63,372 nucleotides of DNA, filler included, from an uncultured bacterium (GCA_964448115.1; 3 parts of 3 records of this genome joined end to end with filler, not necessarily neighbours in it); one strand, 5' to 3'. Positions 42,352-53,209 are shown, numbered from the whole stretch's first letter. Notes: generated by a model not told the origin, from the sequence alone. A program made the numbers and translations.

Positions 42352-43548
42352 ATGCACATTGCCATTCGAATGAAGCGGGTGCGGCCATCGGCGACCCTTG
42401 AGATCGTCAATAAGGTCAAGGCTATGGAGCGACAGGGCATACCTGTTATACGCTTCGATGTAGGTGAGCCTGACTTCCAGACCCCTGAGAACATCAGGCT
42501 GGCAGCGAAAAAGGCGATTGATGAGAACTTCTCCTACTACACGCCGGTATTGGGCATAAACCAACTCAAGGAGGCGATCGTTGCCAAGTTTCAAAGAGAC
42601 AACGGTCTGCATTACTCGGTGGATGAGATAGCGGTATGCAATGGCGCCAAACATGCGCTTTACAATATATTCCATGTTGCCTTTAACGAGGATGACGAGG
42701 TGCTGGTCTTCTCACCATACTGGGTCTCCTTTGTCCAGCAGCTCAATATACTTGGCATAAAGAGTCGCATCGTACCTCTCTCTATGGAGCAAGGCTATCA
42801 ACTCACCCCGCAGATTGTTAAGCCGAACATCATCCCCGGCAAGACAAGGGGTATGATCATCAATTCTCCAGGCAATCCGACTGGAGCGGTATTCTCCAGG
42901 GAGAACCTTGATGCCATAGCCGAACTGGCTATCAGGCACGACCTTTTGGTCATATCTGATGAGACCTACGAGAAGATCATCTATGGCAATAAGCAGCACT
43001 ACAGCATAGCGCAGCACTCCGAGGAGATGAAGAAAAGAACAGTGGTGGTCAATGCGCTTTCCAAGACCTACTCCATGACCGGCTGGCGTGTGGGATACCT
43101 GGCTGCCTCAAGCGAGTTTATCAAGAGCATCAATAAGATACAGGGTCATGTCACCTCAAATGTGTGCTCGATTGCCCAAAAGGCTGCTGTCGAGGCGCTA
43201 AACGGACCCCAGGATTTTCTAACCGATAGGGTTGCACAATTTTACGAGCGACAACAATACCTTCTACAAAGACTCGATGAGCTGCCAGGGATAAGTACCC
43301 CAAGAGCTGACGGATCTTTTTACTTATTCCCCAGTATATCCAAATTGCTAGGGCGAAGCCATCAAGGACGAAAAATAAACGATGCCAGCGATCTCGCCGA
43401 TATGTTGCTCGATTCAAAAAAGGTCTCGATTACGCCAGGGAATGCATTCGGTACCGCGCAGAACATTCGTATCTCCTATGCTACCTCCCTAGAAAACCTC
43501 GAAGAGGGGATGAATCGAATATCATCGTTTATATCAGAGCTGGACTGA
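42352..43548 (+). CDS. aspC: Class I PLP aminotransferase (aspartate aminotransferase-like)
   Basis: GEPDFQTP, NSPGNPTG, SDETY, SKTYSMTGWRVG, IRISYA; AGGAG RBS before ATG 42352. Confidence 0.9.
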   Translation: MHIAIRMKRVRPSATLEIVNKVKAMERQGIPVIRFDVGEPDFQTPENIRLAAKKAIDENFSYYTPVLGINQLKEAIVAKFQRDNGLHYSVDEIAVCNGAKHALYNIFHVAFNEDDEVLVFSPYWVSFVQQLNILGIKSRIVPLSMEQGYQLTPQIVKPNIIPGKTRGMIINSPGNPTGAVFSRENLDAIAELAIRHDLLVISDETYEKIIYGNKQHYSIAQHSEEMKKRTVVVNALSKTYSMTGWRVGYLAASSEFIKSINKIQGHVTSNVCSIAQKAAVEALNGPQDFLTDRVAQFYERQQYLLQRLDELPGISTPRADGSFYLFPSISKLLGRSHQGRKINDASDLADMLLDSKKVSITPGNAFGTAQNIRISYATSLENLEEGMNRISSFISELD

Positions 43549-43689
43549 TAGCTTTAGTTTCTCATTACTATATGCCAACCGGCAGCCTTTAGTATTTGCA
43601 TCTACCTGGTAACTTGAAATGTTCCATCAGCGATGATATATATTGCTATCCTAAATTTAGGATAAATTAGAATAGTAAGGAGAGTAGAT

Positions 43690-44052
43690 ATGGCACTTGA
43701 TGACGATACGCTCAAGAAGTTCAAGAAGCTTCTTATCGATATGAAGAGGGAGCTTATTGAGAACGCGAAAAAGACGATCGATTCCAGCATTGCATCCCAA
43801 GTATCGAGCGGCAAGGACTTCGCTGACCTTGCACTTAAGGAGATGGATCGCAACTTCGTGCTCAGGATAAGAGATCGAGAAAGAAAGCTGATCAGCAAGA
43901 TCGACCAAGCTCTAGAGCGTATTGAGAATAAATCCTTCGGCATCTGCGAGGAATGTGGGCAAGAGATCGGAATCAAGAGACTGGAAGCTCGTCCGGTTAC
44001 CACCTTGTGCATCGAGTGCAAGACCAAGCAGGAAGAAGAAGAGGTCGATTAG
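43690..44052 (+). CDS. dksA: RNA polymerase-binding factor DksA
   Basis: DxxDxA coiled-coil tip (DFADLA); 4-Cys finger CEECG...RLEARP...CIECK. Confidence 0.9.
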   Translation: MALDDDTLKKFKKLLIDMKRELIENAKKTIDSSIASQVSSGKDFADLALKEMDRNFVLRIRDRERKLISKIDQALERIENKSFGICEECGQEIGIKRLEARPVTTLCIECKTKQEEEEVD

Positions 44053-44111
44053 GTATCCTTCAACCTTCCCCAGATTTTCTCGGTAGGTCTTAAAATTGAG
44101 GCATTAATATC

Positions 44112-45407
44112 ATGCAGTTGCCTCATCATAAGCAGCCCTTAGCGCACCGGCTGCGCCCCAGAAACCTGCAAGAGCTGAAGGGACAAGAGAAGATCCTTCA
44201 CCCAGGCTCACCCTTGTATCAGGCTATTGAGAGCGGACACCTATTCAGCATGATACTATTTGGTCCTCCGGGGTGTGGCAAGACTACCCTTGCAAGGATC
44301 ATGGAAAAGAATCCCGAAATGCCGATCTATAGCATCTCCGCTGTCGAAGCCGGGGTAGCACAGATAAAAAAGATTATTGATAGTGCCAAGGATACCCCGC
44401 TGCAAAAGGGGCAAGTTGTGCTTTTTATCGACGAAATACACCGCCTGAACAAGGGACAACAGGATATACTCCTCCCCCCTGTCGAGTCTGGACAGGTGAT
44501 CCTCATCGGGCTTACAACCGAGAACCCGGCTTACGAGGTCAACTATCCACTATTGTCTCGCCTTCATGTATTCAAGCTGCAACCACTGGGCACCAAGGTG
44601 ATCAGCGAGCTGATAGATCTAGCGCTAGGCGACCAGGAACGCGGCTTTGGCAATTATTCGATTTCCCTTTCCGATGATGCCAGGGAGCATATCGTCTATC
44701 TAAGTGGTGGCGATGCACGCAAGGCGCTGAATATACTGGAGCAGGCTGTTTATATAAAGGCACCCAAGGCCAAAGATACAATCGATATCGATAAACAAAC
44801 GGTAATAAAGGCTGCCGGGCATGTAACCATTGGCTATGACAAGGCAGGAGACAAGCATTATGATACCATCTCCGCATTCATCAAGAGTATGCGGGGGAGC
44901 GATCCCGATGCCACCTTATATTACCTGGCACGCATGCTTGAAGGCGGCGAGGATGCTCGCTTTATAATGCGCAGGATACTGATCTTTGCTTCCGAAGATA
45001 TTGGACTGGCAGATCCCACAGCACTCATATTAGCTAGTAGCGCTGCTTACGCGCTGGACTGGGTGGGAATGCCCGAAGGAAAGCTGATCCTATCTCACGC
45101 CGCGGTCTATTGTGCATGCGCACCAAAGAGTAACTCTACCACCGTCGGCATAATGGATGCGATGAAGTATGTGAAGCACAAGGGCAAGGATCAGCCGATA
45201 CCGCCTCATATCGCTCATACTGTTGAATTCGATCCCCAACTCAAGGGAACATACCGGTATCCACACGACTTTCCCGGTGCCTTTATCGTCGAGGAATATC
45301 TTCCCGAGGCAGCCAGAGGTGTGCAATTCTTCAAGCCAAAATCCGAGGGTAGAGAAGCAAGTATAAAGGAAAGACTGAAATATTGGTGGAAAAGGAGAAA
45401 TTATTAG
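44112..45407 (+). CDS. rarA: Replication-associated recombination protein A
   Basis: PLAHRLRP, GPPGCGKTT, DEIHR, TTENP, HYDTISAFIKSMRGSD, ASEDIG. Confidence 0.95.
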   Translation: MQLPHHKQPLAHRLRPRNLQELKGQEKILHPGSPLYQAIESGHLFSMILFGPPGCGKTTLARIMEKNPEMPIYSISAVEAGVAQIKKIIDSAKDTPLQKGQVVLFIDEIHRLNKGQQDILLPPVESGQVILIGLTTENPAYEVNYPLLSRLHVFKLQPLGTKVISELIDLALGDQERGFGNYSISLSDDAREHIVYLSGGDARKALNILEQAVYIKAPKAKDTIDIDKQTVIKAAGHVTIGYDKAGDKHYDTISAFIKSMRGSDPDATLYYLARMLEGGEDARFIMRRILIFASEDIGLADPTALILASSAAYALDWVGMPEGKLILSHAAVYCACAPKSNSTTVGIMDAMKYVKHKGKDQPIPPHIAHTVEFDPQLKGTYRYPHDFPGAFIVEEYLPEAARGVQFFKPKSEGREASIKERLKYWWKRRNY

Positions 45408-45425
45408 CAACCAGGAGATGCGAAA

Positions 45426-46724
45426 TTGTTTAAAAATGAAAAATCAAGCAAACTACTCAACCAGGCGCTCAAGGTCATTCCAGGTGGAGTTAATTCCCCG
45501 GTCAGGGCATTCAACGCAGTAGGAGGCGAACCGCCTTTCATTCAAAGAGGCTCTGGCTGCAGAATATACGATGTCGATGGCAACGAGTATATTGACTATG
45601 TCTGCTCCTGGGGACCGCTGATACTAGGTCATGCACATCCGCTGGTGCTCGAGGCGGTCAAGGAAGCTGCTGTAAAAGGAACCAGCTTCGGCGCCCCGAC
45701 CGAGGCAGAGGTTCGCCTTGCTGAGCTTATCGTTGAGCTTGTTCCATCAATCGATAAGGTTCGGCTGGTAAATTCGGGCACCGAAGCCACTGCCAGCGCC
45801 ATCCGGCTTGCCCGTGGCTACACCAAGCGCAAGCTGATCATCAAGTTCGATGGTCATTATCATGGCTGCGCGGACTCGTTGCTTATAAAAGCCGGCTCCG
45901 GAGCTGCCACCTTCGGGCTGCCGGATAGCCCTGGCGTACCGGATGAGTTGGCAAAATTAACCATAACGCTTCCCTTTAATGATGTGGATGCGCTCAAGGA
46001 AGCTATGGAGCGCTACGGCAATGAAGTCGCAGCCCTTATCATGGAACCGGTTGCAGGGAACATGGGCGTTGTGCCTGCTGAAGAGCCTTTCTTACAAGTA
46101 GCTAGAGAACTGACCAATACCTATGGTACTTTACTCATCTTCGATGAGGTGATGTGCGGCTTCAGGATCGGCTTGAACGGAGCGCAGGGGTTATATGGCA
46201 TCATGCCTGATCTCACCTGCCTGGGCAAGGTGATCGGCGGCGGTTTGCCGGTGGGAGCTTACGGGGGCAGGGGTAGGATAATGGACTTGGTCGCCCCTCT
46301 TGGAGCTGTATATCAAGCCGGAACCCTGTCAGGGAATCCGCTAGCTACCGCCGCGGGCTTAGCGACCTTGACATACCTGAAGGAGCATGATCCCTTTGAG
46401 CTACTAGCGCAGAGGGTGGAAAAACTGGCAAAGGGGCTTGAGGCTGCCGGCAAAGAGAAAGGTATCCCGCTTAGGGTCAACAGGCTTGGCTCAATGTTCA
46501 CCGTCTATTTCAATGATCAGCCGATAAGGAATTTCGCAGATGCGAAAAAAAGCGACACGAAAGCCTTTAGTCGATTCTTCTGGAATTGCCTTCGTAATGG
46601 CGTTTACCTTCCTCCGTCGCAGTTCGAGGCTGCATTTTTAAGCATAGCGCATACCGATGCGGATATAGACAAGACACTGGAAGTGATGGCTAAAGCCCTC
46701 CAACATTTTACCCTAACCCTCTAG
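45426..46724 (+). CDS. hemL: Glutamate-1-semialdehyde 2,1-aminomutase
   Basis: [53 protein letters not shown]. Confidence 0.97.
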   Translation: MFKNEKSSKLLNQALKVIPGGVNSPVRAFNAVGGEPPFIQRGSGCRIYDVDGNEYIDYVCSWGPLILGHAHPLVLEAVKEAAVKGTSFGAPTEAEVRLAELIVELVPSIDKVRLVNSGTEATASAIRLARGYTKRKLIIKFDGHYHGCADSLLIKAGSGAATFGLPDSPGVPDELAKLTITLPFNDVDALKEAMERYGNEVAALIMEPVAGNMGVVPAEEPFLQVARELTNTYGTLLIFDEVMCGFRIGLNGAQGLYGIMPDLTCLGKVIGGGLPVGAYGGRGRIMDLVAPLGAVYQAGTLSGNPLATAAGLATLTYLKEHDPFELLAQRVEKLAKGLEAAGKEKGIPLRVNRLGSMFTVYFNDQPIRNFADAKKSDTKAFSRFFWNCLRNGVYLPPSQFEAAFLSIAHTDADIDKTLEVMAKALQHFTLTL

Positions 46725-46748
46725 TTTATCGTTGGCAGTTTCACTTCG

Positions 46749-46910
46749 CTAAAAAATGGTATAGAAGAAGGGCAGAAGCGCCGAGTTCTCGAACAGAACG
46801 ATAAACACGCTCATCAGGATGATGATGATTAGGATTGGAGCAAGCCAGTAGCGCTTGCGGTATCGCATGAAATGGAGGGTCTCTCTCAGTATCTCTAAAA
46901 GGCTCTTCAA
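46749..46910 (-). CDS. DUF5989-like small membrane protein (53 aa), below ORF-track cutoff
   Basis: TTG start with AGGAG RBS: MKSLLEILRETLHFMRYRKRYWLAPILIIIILMSVFIVLFENSALLPFFYTIF. Confidence 0.75.
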   Translation of the reverse strand: MKSLLEILRETLHFMRYRKRYWLAPILIIIILMSVFIVLFENSALLPFFYTIF

Positions 46911-47016
46911 TCTAAGCTCCTTTGATATCTATTTCGGGGTTTTATAACACAACCTTGATTGTAAAACAATTATGCCATATCTGCTATAATGATGCCAATT
47001 TGTCCAGGACCAAGCT

Positions 47017-47643
47017 ATGGGAATTATCAAGGCAACATTGCACGGCAAGATAAGCTTCGAGCTGGATGAAGCGGCTCTTGAAACCGCCCGCAATTGCGAG
47101 GGGATAAAGCTGGACATCCCCGGCTATGGAATAATCGCCATAAAAGCAGTGCTTAGCGATATGACCGGAACAGCCTTTCACTCCCAGGTGGGGATCGATC
47201 CTTATGGAAAGCCTGCCGTTGAGTGGATCATGCCCCAAAGGTCTCTGGTTAGAAAGCTGCTTGCTTGCCTGCGCGAGAAAGGGATCTTGTATCATATCGT
47301 AACCGGCGATACTACTGGAAAAGTGCCTGAGATAGCTGCTTTTTTGGATGCTCGCTACTGGATGACACTGATGGAGAGCGATTGCGGAATCCCTGAGATG
47401 GAACAAAAGCGCCTGGCAGTGGACTGGTTCAAAAAAAATCTCGGAGAGGTGGTTTTTATTGGCAATGGCTGGAACGATATGCTCGCCGTGCAGGAGGCAG
47501 ACCTGGGGATCTGCATAACCGGGTACAATGATGGTTATCATCCAGGTACTGCCACAGCCGCTAGGATTTGCTTTCCGAGTTACTGGGCTGCCTTACAGGC
47601 ATTGGTGCATCCTATAATACTGCGAGCAGGGTTGCGACACTGA
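47017..47643 (+). CDS. HAD-like hydrolase (soluble P-type ATPase-like), divergent
   Basis: LDIPGYG, DMTGT, VTGDTTG, FIGNGWND...ADLGI. Confidence 0.7.
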   Translation: MGIIKATLHGKISFELDEAALETARNCEGIKLDIPGYGIIAIKAVLSDMTGTAFHSQVGIDPYGKPAVEWIMPQRSLVRKLLACLREKGILYHIVTGDTTGKVPEIAAFLDARYWMTLMESDCGIPEMEQKRLAVDWFKKNLGEVVFIGNGWNDMLAVQEADLGICITGYNDGYHPGTATAARICFPSYWAALQALVHPIILRAGLRH

Positions 47644-47651
47644 TCAGACTC

Positions 47652-48158
47652 CTAATCCCCATCCTTCTTTTTTGATGATGGGGCAGGAAGCGAAGGTATC
47701 GATAATAGCCTTCTCTGCTCCGAGATCGGGTCCCCGGATCTTCCCAACAAGCTATCGGTCAAGGTATCGACCTTTTCGAGAGTGGACTCAAGCTCATGGA
47801 TAAAAGCATCATCAACCAAGCCTTGGCGGTAAAAGAAGTTGAAGGTGCGCTTTATATTCACGATGTTGCGCTGGAACTCCTCATGATTTCTCAACCTCTC
47901 TCTATTGACCAGGTACTCAGCCAGGAATTCCATTATATGGCTTGGTTCTATATCCTGAACCTGCATCTGTTTTTTTTCGAGGAAGTAGTTGACCAGCATA
48001 TAGAATGTCCTGGAGCACTCCTCACCGGCGAATCGATGCTCCTTTTCGAGATCCTCCACCATATAATCAAAGTACCCGTGGAGTATGGTGTCTATGCGCT
48101 CAAGGTAAGCCTCTTGGGAGATATTATCATCATCGATGTTTTTCGCCTGGTCTTTCAT
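47652..48158 (-). CDS. Hypothetical protein
   Basis: 168-aa helical-looking ORF co-oriented with the upstream kinase gene; no motif recognised. Confidence 0.55.
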   Translation of the reverse strand: MKDQAKNIDDDNISQEAYLERIDTILHGYFDYMVEDLEKEHRFAGEECSRTFYMLVNYFLEKKQMQVQDIEPSHIMEFLAEYLVNRERLRNHEEFQRNIVNIKRTFNFFYRQGLVDDAFIHELESTLEKVDTLTDSLLGRSGDPISEQRRLLSIPSLPAPSSKKKDGD

Positions 48159-48193
48159 AATTATTGACTAGCCTGTTGTTTATAAAAACGCAA

Positions 48194-49105
48194 CTAAATG
48201 ATTATCTTCAGCGCCTGGGGTAAGATATCGAAAATAGCCGGGGTGTGCCAGAAGACCTCGCCATCTGCCAGCAATGCCAGCTTCTTATCAGAGTCGATCT
48301 TTACCCTCTTGGCTCTAAAATGGCTTATTAGTGGGCTTTCTAAATGTCGGCGCTTGGTCATGGCAACATAAAGCCCGGCGAACTTTAGGCGATTTGTCTT
48401 ATGAGCAAGCACGACATCGAGCAGCCCGTCCCTGTAGTCAGCGGTGGGCGCGAACTCCATGCCCCCACCGGCAAAGGGAGTATTGGCAATTGCGACCATA
48501 GAGAACGGCTCTCTCAGGGGTGGTCTATCATCGATGGTGATCTCCATGTAGGTGTGGGGTCCGATGATAAATGAAGCCACTCCGCCTCCGAGATAGCAGT
48601 GCCTGCCCAGGAACTTGAAATATTTGTTTGCCAGGTCGGTTGCATCAGCCGCATATCCAGCGCCGGCAATGCTCAAGAAATACCTGGTCTTCCGGGTGCC
48701 ATTATCATCATAGACCATCCTTCCTACATCCATGGGCGTGATTCGGTCTCGCTCCAGGAATTCTTTTATCTTCCCTGGCTCTTTGGGGATATCGAAGATC
48801 CTCGCCAGGTCATTGCCGCTACCGGTGGGAATGAATGCCAGGCGAGCGTTCTCGTCCCTTGATTCAGCAAGAAGCACGCCATTGACCATCTCGTGTATGC
48901 TCCCGTCGCCCCCCACCGAGACTATGCGCTGATAGCCCTGCTGTGCAGCCTCCTTGGCAAGTGGAATGCCGTGTCCATAGTGCTCAGTCAGCTTATAATC
49001 ATACTCGAAGCCCTCGTCATCGAGGCATTTCTTCAGATGTTTCCAGTAATGCTCGCTTCTTCCGGCGCCGGCTATCGGATTGACCAGGAATATCGTTTTC
49101 ATCAC
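48194..49105 (-). CDS. Diacylglycerol kinase/YegS family lipid kinase
   Basis: VNPIAG, GGDGS, PTGSGND, GGGM, DGLLD, DGE. Confidence 0.93.
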   Translation of the reverse strand: MMKTIFLVNPIAGAGRSEHYWKHLKKCLDDEGFEYDYKLTEHYGHGIPLAKEAAQQGYQRIVSVGGDGSIHEMVNGVLLAESRDENARLAFIPTGSGNDLARIFDIPKEPGKIKEFLERDRITPMDVGRMVYDDNGTRKTRYFLSIAGAGYAADATDLANKYFKFLGRHCYLGGGVASFIIGPHTYMEITIDDRPPLREPFSMVAIANTPFAGGGMEFAPTADYRDGLLDVVLAHKTNRLKFAGLYVAMTKRRHLESPLISHFRAKRVKIDSDKKLALLADGEVFWHTPAIFDILPQALKIII

Positions 49106-49227
49106 TGACCTCTAATTAAAGATAGTTATATCTCCACTGGCAAAGTCAATTCTACACCATCGATTCGATTTTGCATATTGATTTTTTAGGCGGGAATGAT
49201 TAACTTAAAATCGTTATCCTAAGGATC

Positions 49228-50205
49228 GTGCATACCAATCATTCAACCATGAGCGATAAACACCCTAACCATAAAGGCATTGTCGAATCTTACAGCCTTG
49301 AGGATGCTATTAGACTCTTTTCGGCAGGAAAGACCATCGAGCTTGAGGGTCAGAGGATGGTCCATTACTTCGAGCATATTAGCGGTGAAGCCTGTGATAC
49401 CCTTTTGCTTCTGCACGGTTTTTTCTATCATACGATGACCTGGAATCGCCTTTTGCCTTTCCTTATGGATAGCCTTAATATCTATGCGCTCGATATGTTC
49501 CAGTTCGGCTATTCCAGCCGCCTTGAGGAAATCAGTCTCGATGACTATCTGTATCAACTCGATCAATTCATCGAGGCAAAAGGATTGCAGCAGGTCGATC
49601 TTTGTGGTCATTGCTTTGGCGGCGCTATCGCTGCCTGTTTCGCAGCTCGCTATCCTGAAAAGGTCAAGCGCCTGATCCTTATTGATAGCGCTGGTATGGA
49701 GGCGAAAAAGGGCATTATTCACCTGATGAAGAATCGCATTATAGGCAAGGCATTCCTCGCCTATCACTTCAGCAAGGAGTTCCTTAAGGAGGCATTGCTT
49801 AAAGAGGTGTTCTGGAATCGCTTTGCTCAGGAATTCATCGATCAGAACTATATAGATCAGCTATATCAGCCGTTATCCATAAATGGAAGCATAAACGGCT
49901 TGATTAGTGCTGCCAAGCTGCATAAGACGCTCAATGATGGTTTGATCATCGATGATATAAAAAATATCCCACAACAGACCTTGCTCATCTGGGGGATGCA
50001 TGACAATATATGGACTCCACAGATAGGGCGGCGACTTGGTGGATTGATCTCCAATAGCTTTATTGAGCTCATCGAGGGCTCGGGACACCACCCTCATGAG
50101 GAGGAGCCAGAGATCGTCTCTAAGCATATCAGACGCTTTCTTCAAACTCCTGCAAAGTCACCATCGCTGGGCGAAGCACAACAAGGCGATCGATTGCTCA
50201 TGTAG
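49228..50205 (+). CDS. Alpha/beta hydrolase with Cys at the nucleophile elbow
   Basis: LLHGF, GHCFGG, WGMHD, GSGHHPHEE. Confidence 0.85.
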   Translation: MHTNHSTMSDKHPNHKGIVESYSLEDAIRLFSAGKTIELEGQRMVHYFEHISGEACDTLLLLHGFFYHTMTWNRLLPFLMDSLNIYALDMFQFGYSSRLEEISLDDYLYQLDQFIEAKGLQQVDLCGHCFGGAIAACFAARYPEKVKRLILIDSAGMEAKKGIIHLMKNRIIGKAFLAYHFSKEFLKEALLKEVFWNRFAQEFIDQNYIDQLYQPLSINGSINGLISAAKLHKTLNDGLIIDDIKNIPQQTLLIWGMHDNIWTPQIGRRLGGLISNSFIELIEGSGHHPHEEEPEIVSKHIRRFLQTPAKSPSLGEAQQGDRLLM

Positions 50206-50227
50206 CATATAAAATTGCCCTTCAATT

Positions 50228-51142
50228 ATGAGTCGCATGCTTGATATATCCTGTTGTCAACTCTGTCCAAACCTTTGTGGCGTTAATCGAACAAGCGGTG
50301 AGCTTGGGCTTTGCAGGATGGATGGTAGGTTGAAGGTCGCTCACTATTTACCTCACCATGGCGAGGAGCCACCACTGAGTGGAAACAATGGAGCAGGGAC
50401 AATATTTTTCACTGGCTGTTCATTAGGCTGCTTGTGGTGCCAGAATTATCAGGCGAGCCAGCAGCTTTTCGGCGAGGTACTCAGCATCGAAGAGCTAGCC
50501 AATAGAATGCTCAGCCTGCAACATGCCGGCTGCCATAATATCGACCTGGTCTCCCCAGCTCATTACCTTCCCCATATTCTAAGTGCATTGACGATCGCCA
50601 AGGAAACTGGGCTTAGCATCCCTATAGTCTATAATACCAGTGGTTATGAGCGAGAGGAGGCTCTTGAACTGCTCAATGGCATGGTCGATATCTACCTGCC
50701 TGATCTGAAATATGCTGATGATAAGAACGCCTTTTGGCTCAGCAAGGCGAAAAGCTATGTCCAAACAGCTCGCAGAGCAATTATTATGATGCATCGACAG
50801 GTGGGAGATCTCATAATTGATAGTGAGGGCATAGCTCAAAGAGGTCTGATAATCAGGATGCTAGTGCTACCTGATGATCTTGCCGGATGCAAACAGAGCC
50901 TGCAATGGATAGCTGAAAATATAGGCACACAGGTCCATATAAGCATAATGGCGCAGTATAATCCGCTCTATTTAGCCAAGAATAATCCTCAGTTAAATCG
51001 GCGCATCACCGATGACGAATACATGGATATCATTGATTACGCTGAGCATCTCGGATTCGAGAATGCCTGGATCCAAGATCCTTCGAGCAGTGAGTACTAT
51101 AATCCCGATTTTACTGCCGATGAGCCGTTTGAAAAAGGATGA
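50228..51142 (+). CDS. Radical SAM protein, PflX-like (second paralog)
   Basis: CQLCPNLC, HHGEEP, GAGTIFF, CSLGCLWCQN, DIYLPDLKY, MAQYNP. Confidence 0.9.
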   Translation: MSRMLDISCCQLCPNLCGVNRTSGELGLCRMDGRLKVAHYLPHHGEEPPLSGNNGAGTIFFTGCSLGCLWCQNYQASQQLFGEVLSIEELANRMLSLQHAGCHNIDLVSPAHYLPHILSALTIAKETGLSIPIVYNTSGYEREEALELLNGMVDIYLPDLKYADDKNAFWLSKAKSYVQTARRAIIMMHRQVGDLIIDSEGIAQRGLIIRMLVLPDDLAGCKQSLQWIAENIGTQVHISIMAQYNPLYLAKNNPQLNRRITDDEYMDIIDYAEHLGFENAWIQDPSSSEYYNPDFTADEPFEKG

Positions 51143-53082
51143 ATGAACCGGTTCAAAGCAGTCGCCTCGTATAGACCAGCCTGAAGGTAAAGCTCTGCCA
51201 ATGCCTCAAGAGAGGGACTAAAGGAAGAATCGCTGTATAGCGCAGAGGTCAGCAGATGTCGTGCAGTTGCCCAATCTTTATGCTTCATTGCTAGCAGTCC
51301 CAGTTGATAAAGAGCCTGTGTATCGCATGGCGATTCCAGCAATACGCGCTGGAAGATCCGTTGTGCAACCTTTTCTTTTCCCTGGCGAGCGATTATTATC
51401 CCCAGCCCGTTTAGGGTGCGCGACATATCCTCGCACAGATCCGCTGCCTTTAGATAGTGTTGCAAGGATTTCTCCTTATCGCCCATATCGCTACATCTCT
51501 CGCCAAGAGCTACATGGTAGTTCACATAAAGGTCGCGCAGTGTAAAATCGAGGTATCCCGGGGGATTTCCTATACCCCGCCAGGAAAAAAGCTCCCATGT
51601 ACTATCATCGCATGAAGCCGGCACAAGATTGCTCCTTTTCAATCGATAAATAATTCCGCAATGTTCATAGCTCTCCCTTTGCTCGATCATTGCCATTGTT
51701 GTTGTATAGACATCAGCCGGCGAATGCAAAACGGCGTATAGTTGCAGATCTCTCCAGGGCAGCGATGGCAACAGGCGATCCCGTGATGGCCAGAAGCTGC
51801 GCTGGCGCTCGATTGCCAGTATGTCTGGACGCATCTTTTCGCACTCGACCAGATAAAATACCGCATAAACGATGTTGTCTCCCTGAAGGAATACGATACC
51901 ACCTTGATCCATGCTCTTCAGAATGTTGTGCCCGAAGTCGAATGGAAGCCAAGTATCGCTGCGATCTACCTTGATCATATTTGCGATGACAAGGAACGTT
52001 GAAAAGGCAAAAGCGCTCGATTTGAAAGCAAAAGATCCAAACCTGCCACGAAACATGCCAACATCAAGCATCCTGTGGAGTCCGTATCCACTAACCAGCA
52101 CCATGACCAGCAAGGATGGTAATAGATAGCGCTCGATAAACCCGATGTCCCCCTGGTAGCCATAAATATACATCCAATAGATATTTAGCAAAGGGATGAG
52201 CAATAAAACGATAATTCGTCTTTCTGGCTTGAGGATCAGAGATAACAAGCCGAGGAGAAAAACTACGAATCCGATACATGTATATTCCCTTTGAGCCAAG
52301 ATACTAAGAATCCGGTCAATGAAAATAAGGGCTTGTTCATAGCTGCGGCTGAACATCTTGAATGAGTAACCTTCCTGGGTCATGTAGCTTACCAAACGGG
52401 TAAAATTCCGGGGATAAACATAGTTTATGTCAACCTCGGTGTTGGCTCTTATGGGAACATACAATGTTACCGAAGCCCCGAGTATCAGCATTAAAAGACA
52501 GATAGCCATCATCAAAGCAACTGTTCGATGCCTGATGCGAACCACGAAGAAAGTAGCCACAGGCAGAAGGATCAGGCTATGAAGATGCACTCCACTTCCG
52601 AGTCCGATAATGAAAAACGCTAGATAAATCAGTCTCTTATCGCCATTTTTCAACCATAACAAAGACAGGTATATCACCACGGAGAAGATCAATGCCAGCA
52701 AGGAATACACCCTGGCGATGCTGCCTTGCAACCAGAAGCTCCTGCCACTTATCACAATAACCGCACACCAAAAGGCAATCCATCTTTTCCAACCAAGCAA
52801 TCCAGCGATTAGATAAACAAAAAAAGCTGCCAGTGCAGCGCAAAGAGCGGATAACAGGTTCATCTTGTAGGCTATATTCCCCAAGGGAATCATAAATATC
52901 AGAGCCTTACCCAGACAAAGATATGCAGCAAAGCCGGTCGGGTGCGGAACACCAAGAATATAGGCAGCGCCTACAAGCTCGCCGCTGTCGCCGCTATAGA
53001 GCGCAGGCGCAAGGGTAAGCAATTGATGGAAAAGAAGCAATAAGAACAAGAGAAGCTCCTGTAACCGCAATCTTGACATCAT
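51097..53082 (-). CDS. DUF2723 (TMEM260-like) membrane glycosyltransferase-like protein with C-terminal TPRs
   Basis: GDSGEL...LGVPHPTGF, many TMs, YVPIRA, GDN, TPR tail. Confidence 0.85.
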   Translation of the reverse strand: MMSRLRLQELLLFLLLLFHQLLTLAPALYSGDSGELVGAAYILGVPHPTGFAAYLCLGKALIFMIPLGNIAYKMNLLSALCAALAAFFVYLIAGLLGWKRWIAFWCAVIVISGRSFWLQGSIARVYSLLALIFSVVIYLSLLWLKNGDKRLIYLAFFIIGLGSGVHLHSLILLPVATFFVVRIRHRTVALMMAICLLMLILGASVTLYVPIRANTEVDINYVYPRNFTRLVSYMTQEGYSFKMFSRSYEQALIFIDRILSILAQREYTCIGFVVFLLGLLSLILKPERRIIVLLLIPLLNIYWMYIYGYQGDIGFIERYLLPSLLVMVLVSGYGLHRMLDVGMFRGRFGSFAFKSSAFAFSTFLVIANMIKVDRSDTWLPFDFGHNILKSMDQGGIVFLQGDNIVYAVFYLVECEKMRPDILAIERQRSFWPSRDRLLPSLPWRDLQLYAVLHSPADVYTTTMAMIEQRESYEHCGIIYRLKRSNLVPASCDDSTWELFSWRGIGNPPGYLDFTLRDLYVNYHVALGERCSDMGDKEKSLQHYLKAADLCEDMSRTLNGLGIIIARQGKEKVAQRIFQRVLLESPCDTQALYQLGLLAMKHKDWATARHLLTSALYSDSSFSPSLEALAELYLQAGLYEATALNRFIHPFSNGSSAVKSGL

Positions 53083-53209
53083 GTTGTATATTTATACTCC
53101 AAGGCAATGCCCAAGGGCAATTTATCTTTTCGTTGACACAAGACAGAAAATTAACTACCTTTAGGCTTTAGGATGACATAGATATTGAGATACTTTTTCT
53201 ACCAACAGG

